64,000 bases of DNA from Candidatus Delongbacteria bacterium (GTDB lineage: Bacteria > CAIWAD01), in the NCBI GenBank assembly GCA_020634015.1, contig JACKCN010000003.1, forward strand, positions 173,429 to 237,428. The letters run 5' to 3'. The notes below the pieces were generated by a model that saw nothing but the letters and a program-made list of their open reading frames with translations, searched no databases and had not been told where the DNA came from. This document shows, one piece after another, positions 52,217-61,009 of this stretch. How positions within the stretch are numbered: position 1 is the stretch's first letter; the number at the start of each line of letters is the position of its first letter. The position numbers and the translations under genes are program-made.

Positions 52217-52466
52217 GCTCCGTATTTCTCCTGAGATTTTTTGAAAGCCTTGTTCACCCATCGTATTGTAGCTGTCACTTTCACTCCCCGTGGAAGACCA
52301 GTGTATACGTTGACCCAGCCTATCTCCTTTTCTGCGTCTAGGCCACACAACGCATGTTGCCAGCCTGGCCTTCCACAGGCTCGGAGGCTTACGGGATGGC
52401 TTACTGGTCGAGCCCCAGCGGCTTTATGGGGTGCGACTATTATGGCTTGTTCGTGCGTTTTCACGA

Positions 52467-52796
52467 TTAGCCCTTTTCTTGGTTTGCCTGCTTGAGCAAG
52501 GTGCGGCCCTTGTCGGTAAGGCGATACTGCTGAAGGCGGCTGGTGGGCTTGTCCGGATTGGTGCGCTCCACCAGTCCCTCGGCCAGTGCCGGGTCGATGG
52601 TGGTTTCGCGCAGGCGTCGGCGATCCCTCAGGGCAAAGGCTTCCAGGATCTCGGCGTTGGTCAGGGTGCCGGGGTTCCAGACCTCCAGCCGGTCGGTGAA
52701 TAGCATGACCTGGACACTGCCGTTGCTGTTGTGATCGCGGTGGGCCACGGCGTTGACGATGGCCTCGGCCGCCACGTCCTCTCGCCAGATTGGCAT
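52467..52796 (-). pseudogene. 3' fragment of an HATPase_c_4 plus winged-helix gene (truncated paralog of 53021..54511)
   Basis: It encodes only 'AIVNAVAHRDHNSNGSVQVMLFTDRLEVWNPGTL...' (the HATPase_c_4 core) and a terminal wHTH ('YRLTDKGRTLLKQ'). There is no N-terminal domain. The upstream part of the track ORF is non-homologous filler. Confidence 0.5.
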
Positions 52797-53020
52797 GAGC
52801 AATGGCGGGATCGGTCGTTTCCGGAACGAGGTGCCGAACAGTCCTGCCATTGGTGCGCGAAGTTCTGCGGGATATCCCGGAAGTCTCCAACCCAAGCTTT
52901 TCCTCTCGCCATTTTGGCGCGAGAAATGGCGTGAGAGCTTGCTTTCCCCCAGGAAAGGGTCAGTCTCGCGCCATTCTGGCGAGAGGCTTGGCGAGACGGT
53001 GGGCCTGTGACTGAGCAATC

Positions 53021-54511
53021 TCATGGTTGGAGGATGCGGTATTTGGTCGCGTTTCCTCTGCCTTCCTTCTTCAGGAAACCGAGGTCCACGAGGTGTTTGA
53101 GGTGGTTGAGAGATGTGCGATTCGGAATCTCCATGGCCTTTTTATACTCAGCGGCGGAGACGATCTCTCTTGCGGCCAACCACTCCCAGCCCCTGCGTTC
53201 CGCGGGGCTGAGCTGGTCGAGTATTTCCGCTGGCAGGGCCTGTGTCGCCGCCTGGGCAGTGCGGTAAAGAGTCAGGTCAAGATAGGGTGCGGTATAACTG
53301 AACTTCGGAAGGGGAAGGCCTGCTTCCGTCGCTTTGCTGCGCATGGACTTGAGGCCCAGACCGCGTTCCTCGGCAAGTTCCATGGTGTTGAAAACCGCAT
53401 GCAGTCGCGGATTGCGGCTGACCATGGGCGCGGTGAACGACTGCAATTGCTCGAGAGTGATCGGGGCGACGGGGGCGCCGGGACTGCGGATGGTCACCGT
53501 GTCGCCGGTTACCACCAGTTGGATCTTGCAGCCCTCGATGTCGTAGTCACGGTGAACGAGGGCATTGGCGAGGCCTTCGCGAACCAGTTCGTAGAAGGCA
53601 TCATTGATACTCGTCCGTTGGGCATTCGAGCGATTGATGGCATCGGGCAGTTTCTCGCGCAGCCAGGCAATCACCTGACTGGGGCCCAGCACCATGGGAC
53701 CGTCAAAATCTCTGAGTTCTTCCCCTGTACCACGGGCAATCGTCGCCATGACACCTGCCTGGAGAAGAATGTCGCGGGGGTGTTCTCCGAAGAGAAGGTG
53801 GGCGAATCGTGTTGGTGCGAGAATGCCGTCTGTGGTTTTCACCAGCAGACCCTGGTGAGACAACCGGCGATGGAACTCGTCGTCGCTGCCCGTGCCTTTC
53901 TTGAACAGAAAGCGGCGGTAGTAGCTGAGCGCTTCGTTGTCGAGATCCTGCATGGACACCTGAGCAGGATTCTGGTCGTAGAGGGAAGGCGCCAGGGTTG
54001 GCCCCTCTTCCATCTGCTCGGCCTTTCGTCGCGCCTGATCGAAGAAGTCGGCATTCTCCCGCTCGATGATTTCCTGCAGGTCCCGGTCGAATGGAATGAC
54101 CTCGACGCCCATCTGTCGCAGGTAGCGAAGGCCCTCCCCGGCAACCTTGGGATGTGGGTCCTCACAACCGTAATAGACCGTCTTGATTCGTGCGTTGGTG
54201 ATACGTCGCGAACACCCGATCTTCGGCACAGTGCGGGACATGGGGCCGCAGGGTTCCAGAGTGGCAAAGAGAACACAGTCGCTGAGATCCACAGCACCAT
54301 TCTTGCGCTCGATCAGGGTGTATTCAGCATGGTCGCCCTCGCGCAGCTCACCCCGACTGGCCGTTCGAGTCGTTCCATCGGGCATCCAGAGCACAGCCCC
54401 GACTTTCGGAGGGACCGTATCGTCAGCACGCCTCTCGCGTATGGAAGCCTTCATGACTTCCACCGCTTGCTCCATCAGCTTTCTCGGATCGAATGGCGTT
54501 GACCTGGCCAA
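53021..54511 (-). CDS. fusion protein: N-terminal CDA/RibD-like zinc deaminase domain, then central domain, then HATPase_c_4 (Schlafen/'RecG-like' ATP-binding) and C-terminal winged helix
   Basis: Deaminase zinc ligands 'HAEYTLIE' and 'TLEPCGPMSRTVPKIGC' (HAE...PC..C). The HATPase_c_4 core 'NALVHRDYDIEGCKIQLVVTGDTVTIRSPGAPV...RNPRLHAVFNTMELAEERGLGLKSM' is followed by the wHTH 'SAAEYKKAMEIPNRTSLNHLKHLVDLGFLKKEGRGNATKYRI'. It lies between hsdM and hsdS. Confidence 0.7.
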   Translation of the reverse strand: MARSTPFDPRKLMEQAVEVMKASIRERRADDTVPPKVGAVLWMPDGTTRTASRGELREGDHAEYTLIERKNGAVDLSDCVLFATLEPCGPMSRTVPKIGCSRRITNARIKTVYYGCEDPHPKVAGEGLRYLRQMGVEVIPFDRDLQEIIERENADFFDQARRKAEQMEEGPTLAPSLYDQNPAQVSMQDLDNEALSYYRRFLFKKGTGSDDEFHRRLSHQGLLVKTTDGILAPTRFAHLLFGEHPRDILLQAGVMATIARGTGEELRDFDGPMVLGPSQVIAWLREKLPDAINRSNAQRTSINDAFYELVREGLANALVHRDYDIEGCKIQLVVTGDTVTIRSPGAPVAPITLEQLQSFTAPMVSRNPRLHAVFNTMELAEERGLGLKSMRSKATEAGLPLPKFSYTAPYLDLTLYRTAQAATQALPAEILDQLSPAERRGWEWLAAREIVSAAEYKKAMEIPNRTSLNHLKHLVDLGFLKKEGRGNATKYRILQP

Positions 54512-54523
54512 TGGTGGACCCTC

Positions 54524-56083
54524 CTAGACCCCGATCTGCTTCAGAATCTTCATCAAAGCCTTGTCCGTCTCACGAGCTTCGGCTTCGATGACCTTCAACT
54601 CCGCGACAATCTCCGCAATCGGGCGGTAGGTCTCCGCGTCGCTGGTGTGTATGTAGCGACTCGGTGAGATGTTGTAGTCGTTTTTCTTCAACTCGGCGTG
54701 ATCGACGATGCGGCTGAGCTTTTCCTCTTCCTTCCACCCGATGAGGGTCTCGGCGATGCGTTGGATGCCTGCGTCCGGGATGAAGTTCTTGGGCTCGCCC
54801 TTTTCGAAGATCTGACTGGCGTTGACGAGAAAGACCTTGCCCTGACGGGATTTGGGCTTGGCCCTGTTGAGAAAGAGCACAATGCCCGGGGCAGTGGTGT
54901 TGTAGAACAGATTTTCCGGCAGATAGAGTACGCTCTCGATCAGATCCTGATCCACGAACCACTGGCGTACCGTGCGTTCCTTGTTGCTGCCGGCATTGCC
55001 CGAGCCACGCGAGGCAGCACCCGTGTCGAGAACCACGGCAGCACGGCCCGTGTCGTTCAGGCAGGCGTGAATGTGCTGAACCCAGCCCCAATCGGCGGAG
55101 GACTTTCCCGGGAAGCCCGCACCGGCGGGGAAGCGGTCCAACTCGTCGGCGTCGTAGTCGGCCTCGGTGAACGAGTCCTGGTTCCACATGGGATTGGCGA
55201 CGACACGGTCGAAAGTGCGCAGCCTGCCCCGGCGGTCACGGAATTTTGGGTTCTTGAAAGTGTCACCGATTTCGATCTGACCTTCCATGTCGTGGATGAT
55301 CATGTTCATGCTGGCCATGGCCCAGGTTTCCGGTATGTACTCCTGGCCAAACAGCTTCAATGGAGCCACGCTGCGTTGCTTGCCTATGGAGCGTTCCTCC
55401 ATGGCGATCTCGCACTTCACGAGCAGCCCGCCGGAACCACAGGTAGGGTCATGGATTTCCATGCCCGGTTCGGGCTGGAGGACGCGTGACATGATCGTGC
55501 CGACTTCCGGTGGTGTGTAGAACTCGCCCGCGCTTGAGCCACTGCCCTCGGCGAACTTGCGGATGAGGTATTCATAGCTCTTGCCGATGATGTCGGCCTC
55601 GACATCATCCAGCCCAAGACGCTTGCTGCTGATGGCTTCGATCAGGTTCGAGAGCCGGTCGTCGTCGAGATCGCGCACGCCGTGAGTCGTGGCGTTGAAG
55701 TCCACGCGATCGATGATGCCCTGCAGCTGCGAGTTCTCTCTGGCAATGGCCCGCATCTGGGTGGTGACATTTTCACCGATTCTGTCGGCGAGCTTGCGGA
55801 TTACGGACCAGACAGGCAGATCGGGGTCATCAGGCACAAGGGGGAGGTAGAAACGGACCAGTTTGTGATCGGCCTTGACGAGTTGGAATGCCTTCTTGCG
55901 CGATCCGACTTCCTTGGCAATGCGGTTCACCTCGTCATCGAAGACATCACATAGACGCTTGGTGAAGATCAGCGGAAGGATGTAGTCCTTGAACTTCGGG
56001 GCATCCTTGGCCCCGCGAATTGAGCAGGCGGCGCCCCAGATCCATGATTCCAGCGACTTGCCATTGCCTTTGTTGTTTGCCAT
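54524..56083 (-). CDS. hsdM: type I restriction-modification DNA methyltransferase subunit (N6-adenine)
   Basis: HsdM N-terminal domain, an AdoMet-binding motif I 'IHDPTCGSGGLLV' and a catalytic motif IV 'VVANPMWNQ' (NPPF/W-type). GAAGGA RBS. Start reassigned to MANNKGN. Confidence 0.9.
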   Translation of the reverse strand: MANNKGNGKSLESWIWGAACSIRGAKDAPKFKDYILPLIFTKRLCDVFDDEVNRIAKEVGSRKKAFQLVKADHKLVRFYLPLVPDDPDLPVWSVIRKLADRIGENVTTQMRAIARENSQLQGIIDRVDFNATTHGVRDLDDDRLSNLIEAISSKRLGLDDVEADIIGKSYEYLIRKFAEGSGSSAGEFYTPPEVGTIMSRVLQPEPGMEIHDPTCGSGGLLVKCEIAMEERSIGKQRSVAPLKLFGQEYIPETWAMASMNMIIHDMEGQIEIGDTFKNPKFRDRRGRLRTFDRVVANPMWNQDSFTEADYDADELDRFPAGAGFPGKSSADWGWVQHIHACLNDTGRAAVVLDTGAASRGSGNAGSNKERTVRQWFVDQDLIESVLYLPENLFYNTTAPGIVLFLNRAKPKSRQGKVFLVNASQIFEKGEPKNFIPDAGIQRIAETLIGWKEEEKLSRIVDHAELKKNDYNISPSRYIHTSDAETYRPIAEIVAELKVIEAEARETDKALMKILKQIGV

Positions 56084-56149
56084 ATGCAAACGGTCCTTCG
56101 AGTTTCCTGCAATGATGCTTCTCGTTCTGTGATTCCAAATCAATCGAAG

Positions 56150-57124
56150 TCAAGCCAAAGACTCCCGATGGACAACTGCTTCACGAAGCTGATTGATTCT
56201 GGTTGCCAATTCCATCTGCAAACTGCTCAGTTTCGCGGATTGGACATCCGCTCGCTCACGAGTCTTCACCGCCCAGTCACTGCCTTTGAATCTCGACAGG
56301 TTCAAGTAGACGATGGACAATGAACCCGAAGCGGCGGCCAATGCGGAACTCAATGCAACTCCGGAATCGCCGCGCGCCGCTTTGAACCCCAGATCAAAGA
56401 CAATCAGTGCCTTCTCTGCAAGTGTCAGACATACTTCGGCGATTTCGATTGGGATATCTGTCGCCTTCCTTAGCTCTTCAAGTGCCCGCTCCGAAAGTGC
56501 GCGCCTCTTGTTCCTGTCCTCTTCGGCATCTCGCAGTCGCCTGGCCTGAATGACACGTTCGAACTGCTCTGAGTCACTCTGTAATGCGCTCACCAGTTTG
56601 GGTTCGATGCCGTTCAGGATATCCTGGTTGGCCAATGTCAACTGGGGGACGACTCCTTGATACTGATCTCGGCCATTCGTCAGAGACACAACTGTCTGCA
56701 ACAGTTTGCACGCAAGCAATCCAATCAGCGCGGCGGCACTTCCGGATCCAGGTTTGTGATTCCCGGAGCCGAATTTGTTCAGCAGCTGATCCGCCGGCAA
56801 CTTGATCAACTCTCCAGTCACAACTTGTCCTTCCAAATGGCCACCCATTGGCTGGGATGTGGTGCTTTCATTGAAATGGCCGGCTATCGGTGCTTCGGCT
56901 GACTGCCCCACAAAACCTACTGCTTGCCGATCGCACTGTGAAACAACATATCGATATGGCGAACTGCCAAGGAACGCTGCACAACCATCCGTGGCCCAGA
57001 CTTTTCTGCGGATGCGTGGTGGATTGCGATCAGACAGGGCGTTCTTGGCTGGAGAGATGTGTGGAGTGTCAGCTGGTGTGTGAGCCATGGCGGCTGGCGC
57101 TGCTGTCAACTCATTGAAAATCAT
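56150..57124 (-). CDS. cyclodeaminase/cyclohydrolase (FTCD_C-like) family protein
   Basis: 'GSGSAAALIGLLACKLLQTVVSLTNGRDQY', then 'DSEQFERVIQARRLRDAEEDRNKRRAL' and 'DSGVALSSALAAASGSLSIVYLNL', follow the FTCD_C/FchA pattern. Low GC. The true start may be the internal Met near 56848. Confidence 0.55.
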   Translation of the reverse strand: MIFNELTAAPAAMAHTPADTPHISPAKNALSDRNPPRIRRKVWATDGCAAFLGSSPYRYVVSQCDRQAVGFVGQSAEAPIAGHFNESTTSQPMGGHLEGQVVTGELIKLPADQLLNKFGSGNHKPGSGSAAALIGLLACKLLQTVVSLTNGRDQYQGVVPQLTLANQDILNGIEPKLVSALQSDSEQFERVIQARRLRDAEEDRNKRRALSERALEELRKATDIPIEIAEVCLTLAEKALIVFDLGFKAARGDSGVALSSALAAASGSLSIVYLNLSRFKGSDWAVKTRERADVQSAKLSSLQMELATRINQLREAVVHRESLA

Positions 57125-57330
57125 GATCCTCGGGGTTCTGTACTCCGGATCCGGTGGTCAAAAGCCACTCATTCCAACATGTAGTACTGCTCGTTCGGTT
57201 CAGCTGGCCGGGCGGGGTTGGAGCAGTGGGCCCGAAAGATGCCAGGGGTGCTCCCCAGTGAAGCTGGCGCTCATCCTGTCCCGCTGCCCGAGCCATCTGT
57301 GCAGAAGGTCTCCTGCAACTTTCTTGATGA

Positions 57331-58065
57331 CTACCGTACGACCCATGCGATCAGACCGATGCCCGCGAGCAGAAGCAGGAGGTCCAGCAGCGTCAGGCGG
57401 AGACTGGTCTTGCCGCGCTGGGTGGGGATCAGGTCCGCGAGGGCCACGTAGATGAACCCCGCGGCGGCGAAGGACAGCAGATAGGGGCCCGCGTGGTGCA
57501 TCTGCGAGAGGAAGAAATATCCAAGGGCAGCGCCGACAACCGCAGTCAGGCTCGTCACGGCGTTGAGGAAGAGGGCGCGTCGTCGCGTGTAGCCGCTGCT
57601 GAGGTAGACCATGAATTCGCCGACTTCCTGCGGTACTTCATGGGCGATGGTCGAGAGTGTCACGGTCAGACCCAGTGGCACGGAACTCAGGAAGGCGCCC
57701 GCGATGACCACGCCGTCAACGAAGTTGTGAAACGCGTCGCCGATGAGCAGGAGCGGCCCGGAGCTGGCGTGAACATCACAGTCGTGCTTGTGGCAATGAC
57801 GCCACACCAGCAGCTTTTCGAGCACGAAGAAGCTGACGATTCCGACCAGCATGGCTTGTGCCACTGTGGACGTGGGCAGGGAATCGGCCGCGTGGGGGAT
57901 CATGCCCAGCATGGCGGCCCCCAGCAGTGTGCCGGTGGAAAAACTGATCAGCCGCGGCAGTGCGCGTTCCAGACGGGCAGGCTTGACGGTCAGGACCGTG
58001 GCGGCCAGAAGGACGGAGACGATGCCTCCCGCCAGGGATGCGAAGAGGATCAGCAGAAGGATCAT
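57331..58065 (-). CDS. zupT: ZIP family metal (zinc) transporter
   Basis: 8 TM helices. The 'HNFVDGVVIAGAF' and 'HEVPQEVGEFMVY' metal-binding helices are typical of ZupT/ZIP. Confidence 0.85.
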   Translation of the reverse strand: MILLLILFASLAGGIVSVLLAATVLTVKPARLERALPRLISFSTGTLLGAAMLGMIPHAADSLPTSTVAQAMLVGIVSFFVLEKLLVWRHCHKHDCDVHASSGPLLLIGDAFHNFVDGVVIAGAFLSSVPLGLTVTLSTIAHEVPQEVGEFMVYLSSGYTRRRALFLNAVTSLTAVVGAALGYFFLSQMHHAGPYLLSFAAAGFIYVALADLIPTQRGKTSLRLTLLDLLLLLAGIGLIAWVVR

Positions 58066-58136
58066 CGCCTCACCTGCCTGTCACCGGTGTGCATGTCCGT
58101 CCGGCCAAGGTGCGTGTTCACCGTGGAAACCTGAGG

Positions 58137-58508
58137 TCACACATGGCCATGAGCATCGTGAGCGCAGGCCAGTGCCGGCTCCATCCTTCCCAGGCGGCCC
58201 GCCCTGAACTCGACCAGCATGTCCCTGACGGTCCCTTGCCTGGAAATGTATACCTGGAGTCTGGCGGCGGTGAGTTTGCTCAGCGCGCCATTGCCGATTC
58301 CGCCAACGACAACGCCCTCGATCCGTTCGTTCTGGAGCGCCTGGAGCGGCATGCACTTGCCGTGCTGGTGATGCTGGTTGCCGTTGACGATGGCATGGCA
58401 ACTCTGGTCCTCGGTGTCCACGATCAGAAAGGCGGGAGCCGAACCGAAATGGGCGCAGATCTCACTGTCGAGCTGGTTGTCAGCATTGATGGGAACGCAG
58501 ATCTTCAT
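58137..58508 (-). CDS. NifB/NifX-like dinitrogenase FeMo-cofactor-family (PF02579) small protein
   Basis: 'MKICVPINADNQLDSEICAHFGSAPAFLIVD...GVVVGGIGNGAL' matches the family pattern. AAGGAG RBS. Start reassigned inside track ORF 58137..58535. Confidence 0.7.
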   Translation of the reverse strand: MKICVPINADNQLDSEICAHFGSAPAFLIVDTEDQSCHAIVNGNQHHQHGKCMPLQALQNERIEGVVVGGIGNGALSKLTAARLQVYISRQGTVRDMLVEFRAGRLGRMEPALACAHDAHGHV

Positions 58509-58598
58509 GATCGAATCTCCTTGAATGTTCATCACCGTGTGAGCGGAGTTCCGTTGCCGCGGCCGGGCTGTTCGCGGTCCCTGCGGACTTCTGAGTCT

Positions 58599-58949
58599 TC
58601 AGTCCACCGAGTCATCATGGAGGCGGCAGCACCGGCGTGCCGTCATCTGGATCGGGCCCCCTTCGATGCGCAGTGCCTTTCCATGCACCAGGGCATCCGC
58701 GGTCTTGCGGTGGGCGGATTCGATGATCCGGCTGAAGGTCGCGCGGGAGATGTTCATCTGCGCGGCTGCCTGCTCCTGGTACAGGCCCTCAAGATCGGCG
58801 AGGCGGATGGCCTCGAACTCGTCGAGAGTCATGACCACTTCCTCGAGGGTACTCCTGCGGATGCCCATCGGCTTGAAGACCGGCGACGCGGGGCTCCCGG
58901 CGATCCGGCGGCAATTGAAAGGTCGCGGCACGAGTGGGCTCCTGTCCAT
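58599..58949 (-). CDS. DUF134 (UPF0251) putative DNA-binding protein
   Basis: 'PRPFNCRRIAG...FKPMG...LDEFEAIRLADLEGLYQEQAAAQMNISRATFSRIIESAHRKTADALVHGKAL' matches DUF134. It pairs with the PF02579 gene as in many anaerobes. Confidence 0.65.
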   Translation of the reverse strand: MDRSPLVPRPFNCRRIAGSPASPVFKPMGIRRSTLEEVVMTLDEFEAIRLADLEGLYQEQAAAQMNISRATFSRIIESAHRKTADALVHGKALRIEGGPIQMTARRCCRLHDDSVD

Positions 58950-59243
58950 GGATGGTGTGCATATGTTCATAACAGGACCCGAAGATAGGAGAGTCAGCGT
59001 CATCGTCAAGTGAATTGTTTCAGGAACTGGATGGCGGAGCTGGCCTGTGCTCGTCGCCGGTGGGCCGAAGAAATGCTGGCGCAGGGCTGAAGTCGGGTCG
59101 GATCCGGAGGCGCGCAGACCCAGGATGCCTGCTGGCTGGCGCACGGGTCGCGGTGTGGCTGCCTTTTCCGGCCCCACGCACAGGCCCTGCCCGCTCCAGA
59201 AGAGCGGCGCTGCGAGGGGTCGTGCCGGAAGAATTCGCTGAGC

Positions 59244-60110
59244 TCAGACGCTCTTGGCCTGGATCGAGCGTGTCCGTGCTGCCGTGCGGCGGGACAGCAG
59301 ACCGTGTTTGGGGGCGAACAGCAGGGCGAACACAAAGAACAGGGACTGGGTGAGGACGATGCACGCGCCCGTGGCACCGTTGAGGAAGTAGCTCAGCCAG
59401 GTGCCGATCACGGAACTGGAAACGGCGCTTGCTGCGGATACCAGCAGCATGCGGTCGAAGCGGTCGGTGAGCAGGTGGGCGATGCAGCCCGGCGTGATCA
59501 GCATGGCCACGGTCAGAATGATGCCCACGGCCTGCAACGCGGCGACGACCGTGGCGGCCATCAGGACAAGCAGCAGGTAGTGCATGGCGGTGGTGTTGAG
59601 TCCGGAGGCGCGCGCCTGACCGGCATCGAACAGGTACAGCAGCAGGTCCTTGCGCTTCAGCAGCAGCGTGATCAGCGCAAGACCACCGAAGACCAGTGCC
59701 TGGATCATCTCCTCCCGCTCGATGCCCAGAAGGCTGCCGAACAGGATGTGATTCAGATGCACGGATGTCTGCACCTTGGAGAACATCACCAGGCCCAGTG
59801 CGAACATGCCGGTGAAGACGACGCCCAGAACCGTGTCCTCCTTCACTCGGCTGTGTTGCTTGATCCATCCCGTGCCCCCGGCACAGACAAGACCGGCGGC
59901 AAAGGCACCCAGCGCCAGCGGCAGTCCCGCGATGTACGCCAGAACGACTCCGGGAAGCAGCGCGTGGGAGATGGCGTCGCCCATCAGCGACCAGCCCTTG
60001 AGCACGAGGTAGCAGGAAAGCAGCGCACAGGCGGCCCCGATCACAGCCGAAATCAGCATCGCTTCCACCATGAAGCCGTATCGCAGCGGTTCCAGAAGGG
60101 TCGTGAGCAT
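59244..60110 (-). CDS. metal ABC transporter permease (ABC-3 family, second copy)
   Basis: A ~9-TM protein, a paralog of the upstream permease ('[29 protein letters not shown]'). The start overlaps the upstream stop as TGATG. The N-terminal part of track ORF ..60929 is a frame artefact. Confidence 0.85.
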   Translation of the reverse strand: MLTTLLEPLRYGFMVEAMLISAVIGAACALLSCYLVLKGWSLMGDAISHALLPGVVLAYIAGLPLALGAFAAGLVCAGGTGWIKQHSRVKEDTVLGVVFTGMFALGLVMFSKVQTSVHLNHILFGSLLGIEREEMIQALVFGGLALITLLLKRKDLLLYLFDAGQARASGLNTTAMHYLLLVLMAATVVAALQAVGIILTVAMLITPGCIAHLLTDRFDRMLLVSAASAVSSSVIGTWLSYFLNGATGACIVLTQSLFFVFALLFAPKHGLLSRRTAARTRSIQAKSV

Positions 60111-61009
60111 CAGGCCCGGCCTTCCACGTTCGCCGGTTGCGGAACTCGCGTGGTTCCTGTGCGAACGGCGTGTCGCGCGGCCAGCCTGCCCGCCAGCACG
60201 CCGTGTCGTGGGGCGAGCAAGAGTGTGAGCAGAAAGACCATGACCTGAAGCACCACGATGCAACCGCCCGTCGAACCATTGAGGAAATAGCTGAGGTAGG
60301 CCCCGCCGGCGGAAGTGAGCAGACCGATTCCGGCGGCCAGCAGCATCATGGTGCCAAAGCGATTCGTGAGCAGGTAGGCCGTTGCCCCGGGCGTCACCAG
60401 CATCGCCACGACCAGACAGGCGCCCACGGCCTGCAACCCGGCCACGGATGTGGCCGCCAGCAAGGTCAGCAGGGTGTAGTGCAGCACGGTCGTGTTGAGG
60501 CCGATGGCCCGGGCCTGGTTGGGGTCGAAGGCGAAGAGCAACAGGTCCTTCCACTTGACGGCGATCACTGAAACGGTGATGGCCGAGATGACGAGCAGCT
60601 GCAGGATGTCCTCGTCCGCAATGCCGAGAATGTTGCCGAACACGATCGTCTTCAGGCTGATGTTGCTTGGAAACAGCGAGATCAGCAGCACGCCGGCGGC
60701 GAAGAACGTGGTGAAGACAATGCCGATCACGGCGTCTTCGCGGATATGGGTGCGCGACTTGATCGCGCCCATCGTCACTGCCGCCAGTATTCCGGAAAGG
60801 AATGCGCCCACCGAGAACGGGAGAGCGGCGAGATGCGCCAGGACCACGCCCGGAACCACGGCGTGCGACAGGGCGTCGCCCATCAACGACCAGCCCTTCA
60901 GCGTGACGAAGCAGGAGAGCAGCGCGCACACACCGCCCACCGCGGCGCTCACGCAGATCGCCTTGACCATGTACTGGTAGTGGAACGGTGTCAGCAGGGT
61001 CTCAAGCAT
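60110..61009 (-). CDS. metal ABC transporter permease (ABC-3 family, first copy)
   Basis: '[30 protein letters not shown]' and the EAA-like loop are typical of ZnuB/MntC/TroC-type permeases. Confidence 0.85.
   Translation of the reverse strand: MLETLLTPFHYQYMVKAICVSAAVGGVCALLSCFVTLKGWSLMGDALSHAVVPGVVLAHLAALPFSVGAFLSGILAAVTMGAIKSRTHIREDAVIGIVFTTFFAAGVLLISLFPSNISLKTIVFGNILGIADEDILQLLVISAITVSVIAVKWKDLLLFAFDPNQARAIGLNTTVLHYTLLTLLAATSVAGLQAVGACLVVAMLVTPGATAYLLTNRFGTMMLLAAGIGLLTSAGGAYLSYFLNGSTGGCIVVLQVMVFLLTLLLAPRHGVLAGRLAARHAVRTGTTRVPQPANVEGRA

Noticed and set aside
52213-52890. 225-aa ORF spanning the hsdS start and the HATPase_c_4 fragment
   Set aside because: The translation is a Gly/Arg/Pro/Gln-rich low-complexity string. 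It overlaps hsdS and the remnant on the same strand in another frame.
60111-60929. N-terminal 273-aa extension of the second permease ORF (track ORF 59244..60929)
   Set aside because: It reads through the first permease gene in a different frame. The permease homology starts at MLTTLLEP (ATG 60110), exactly where the upstream gene stops.
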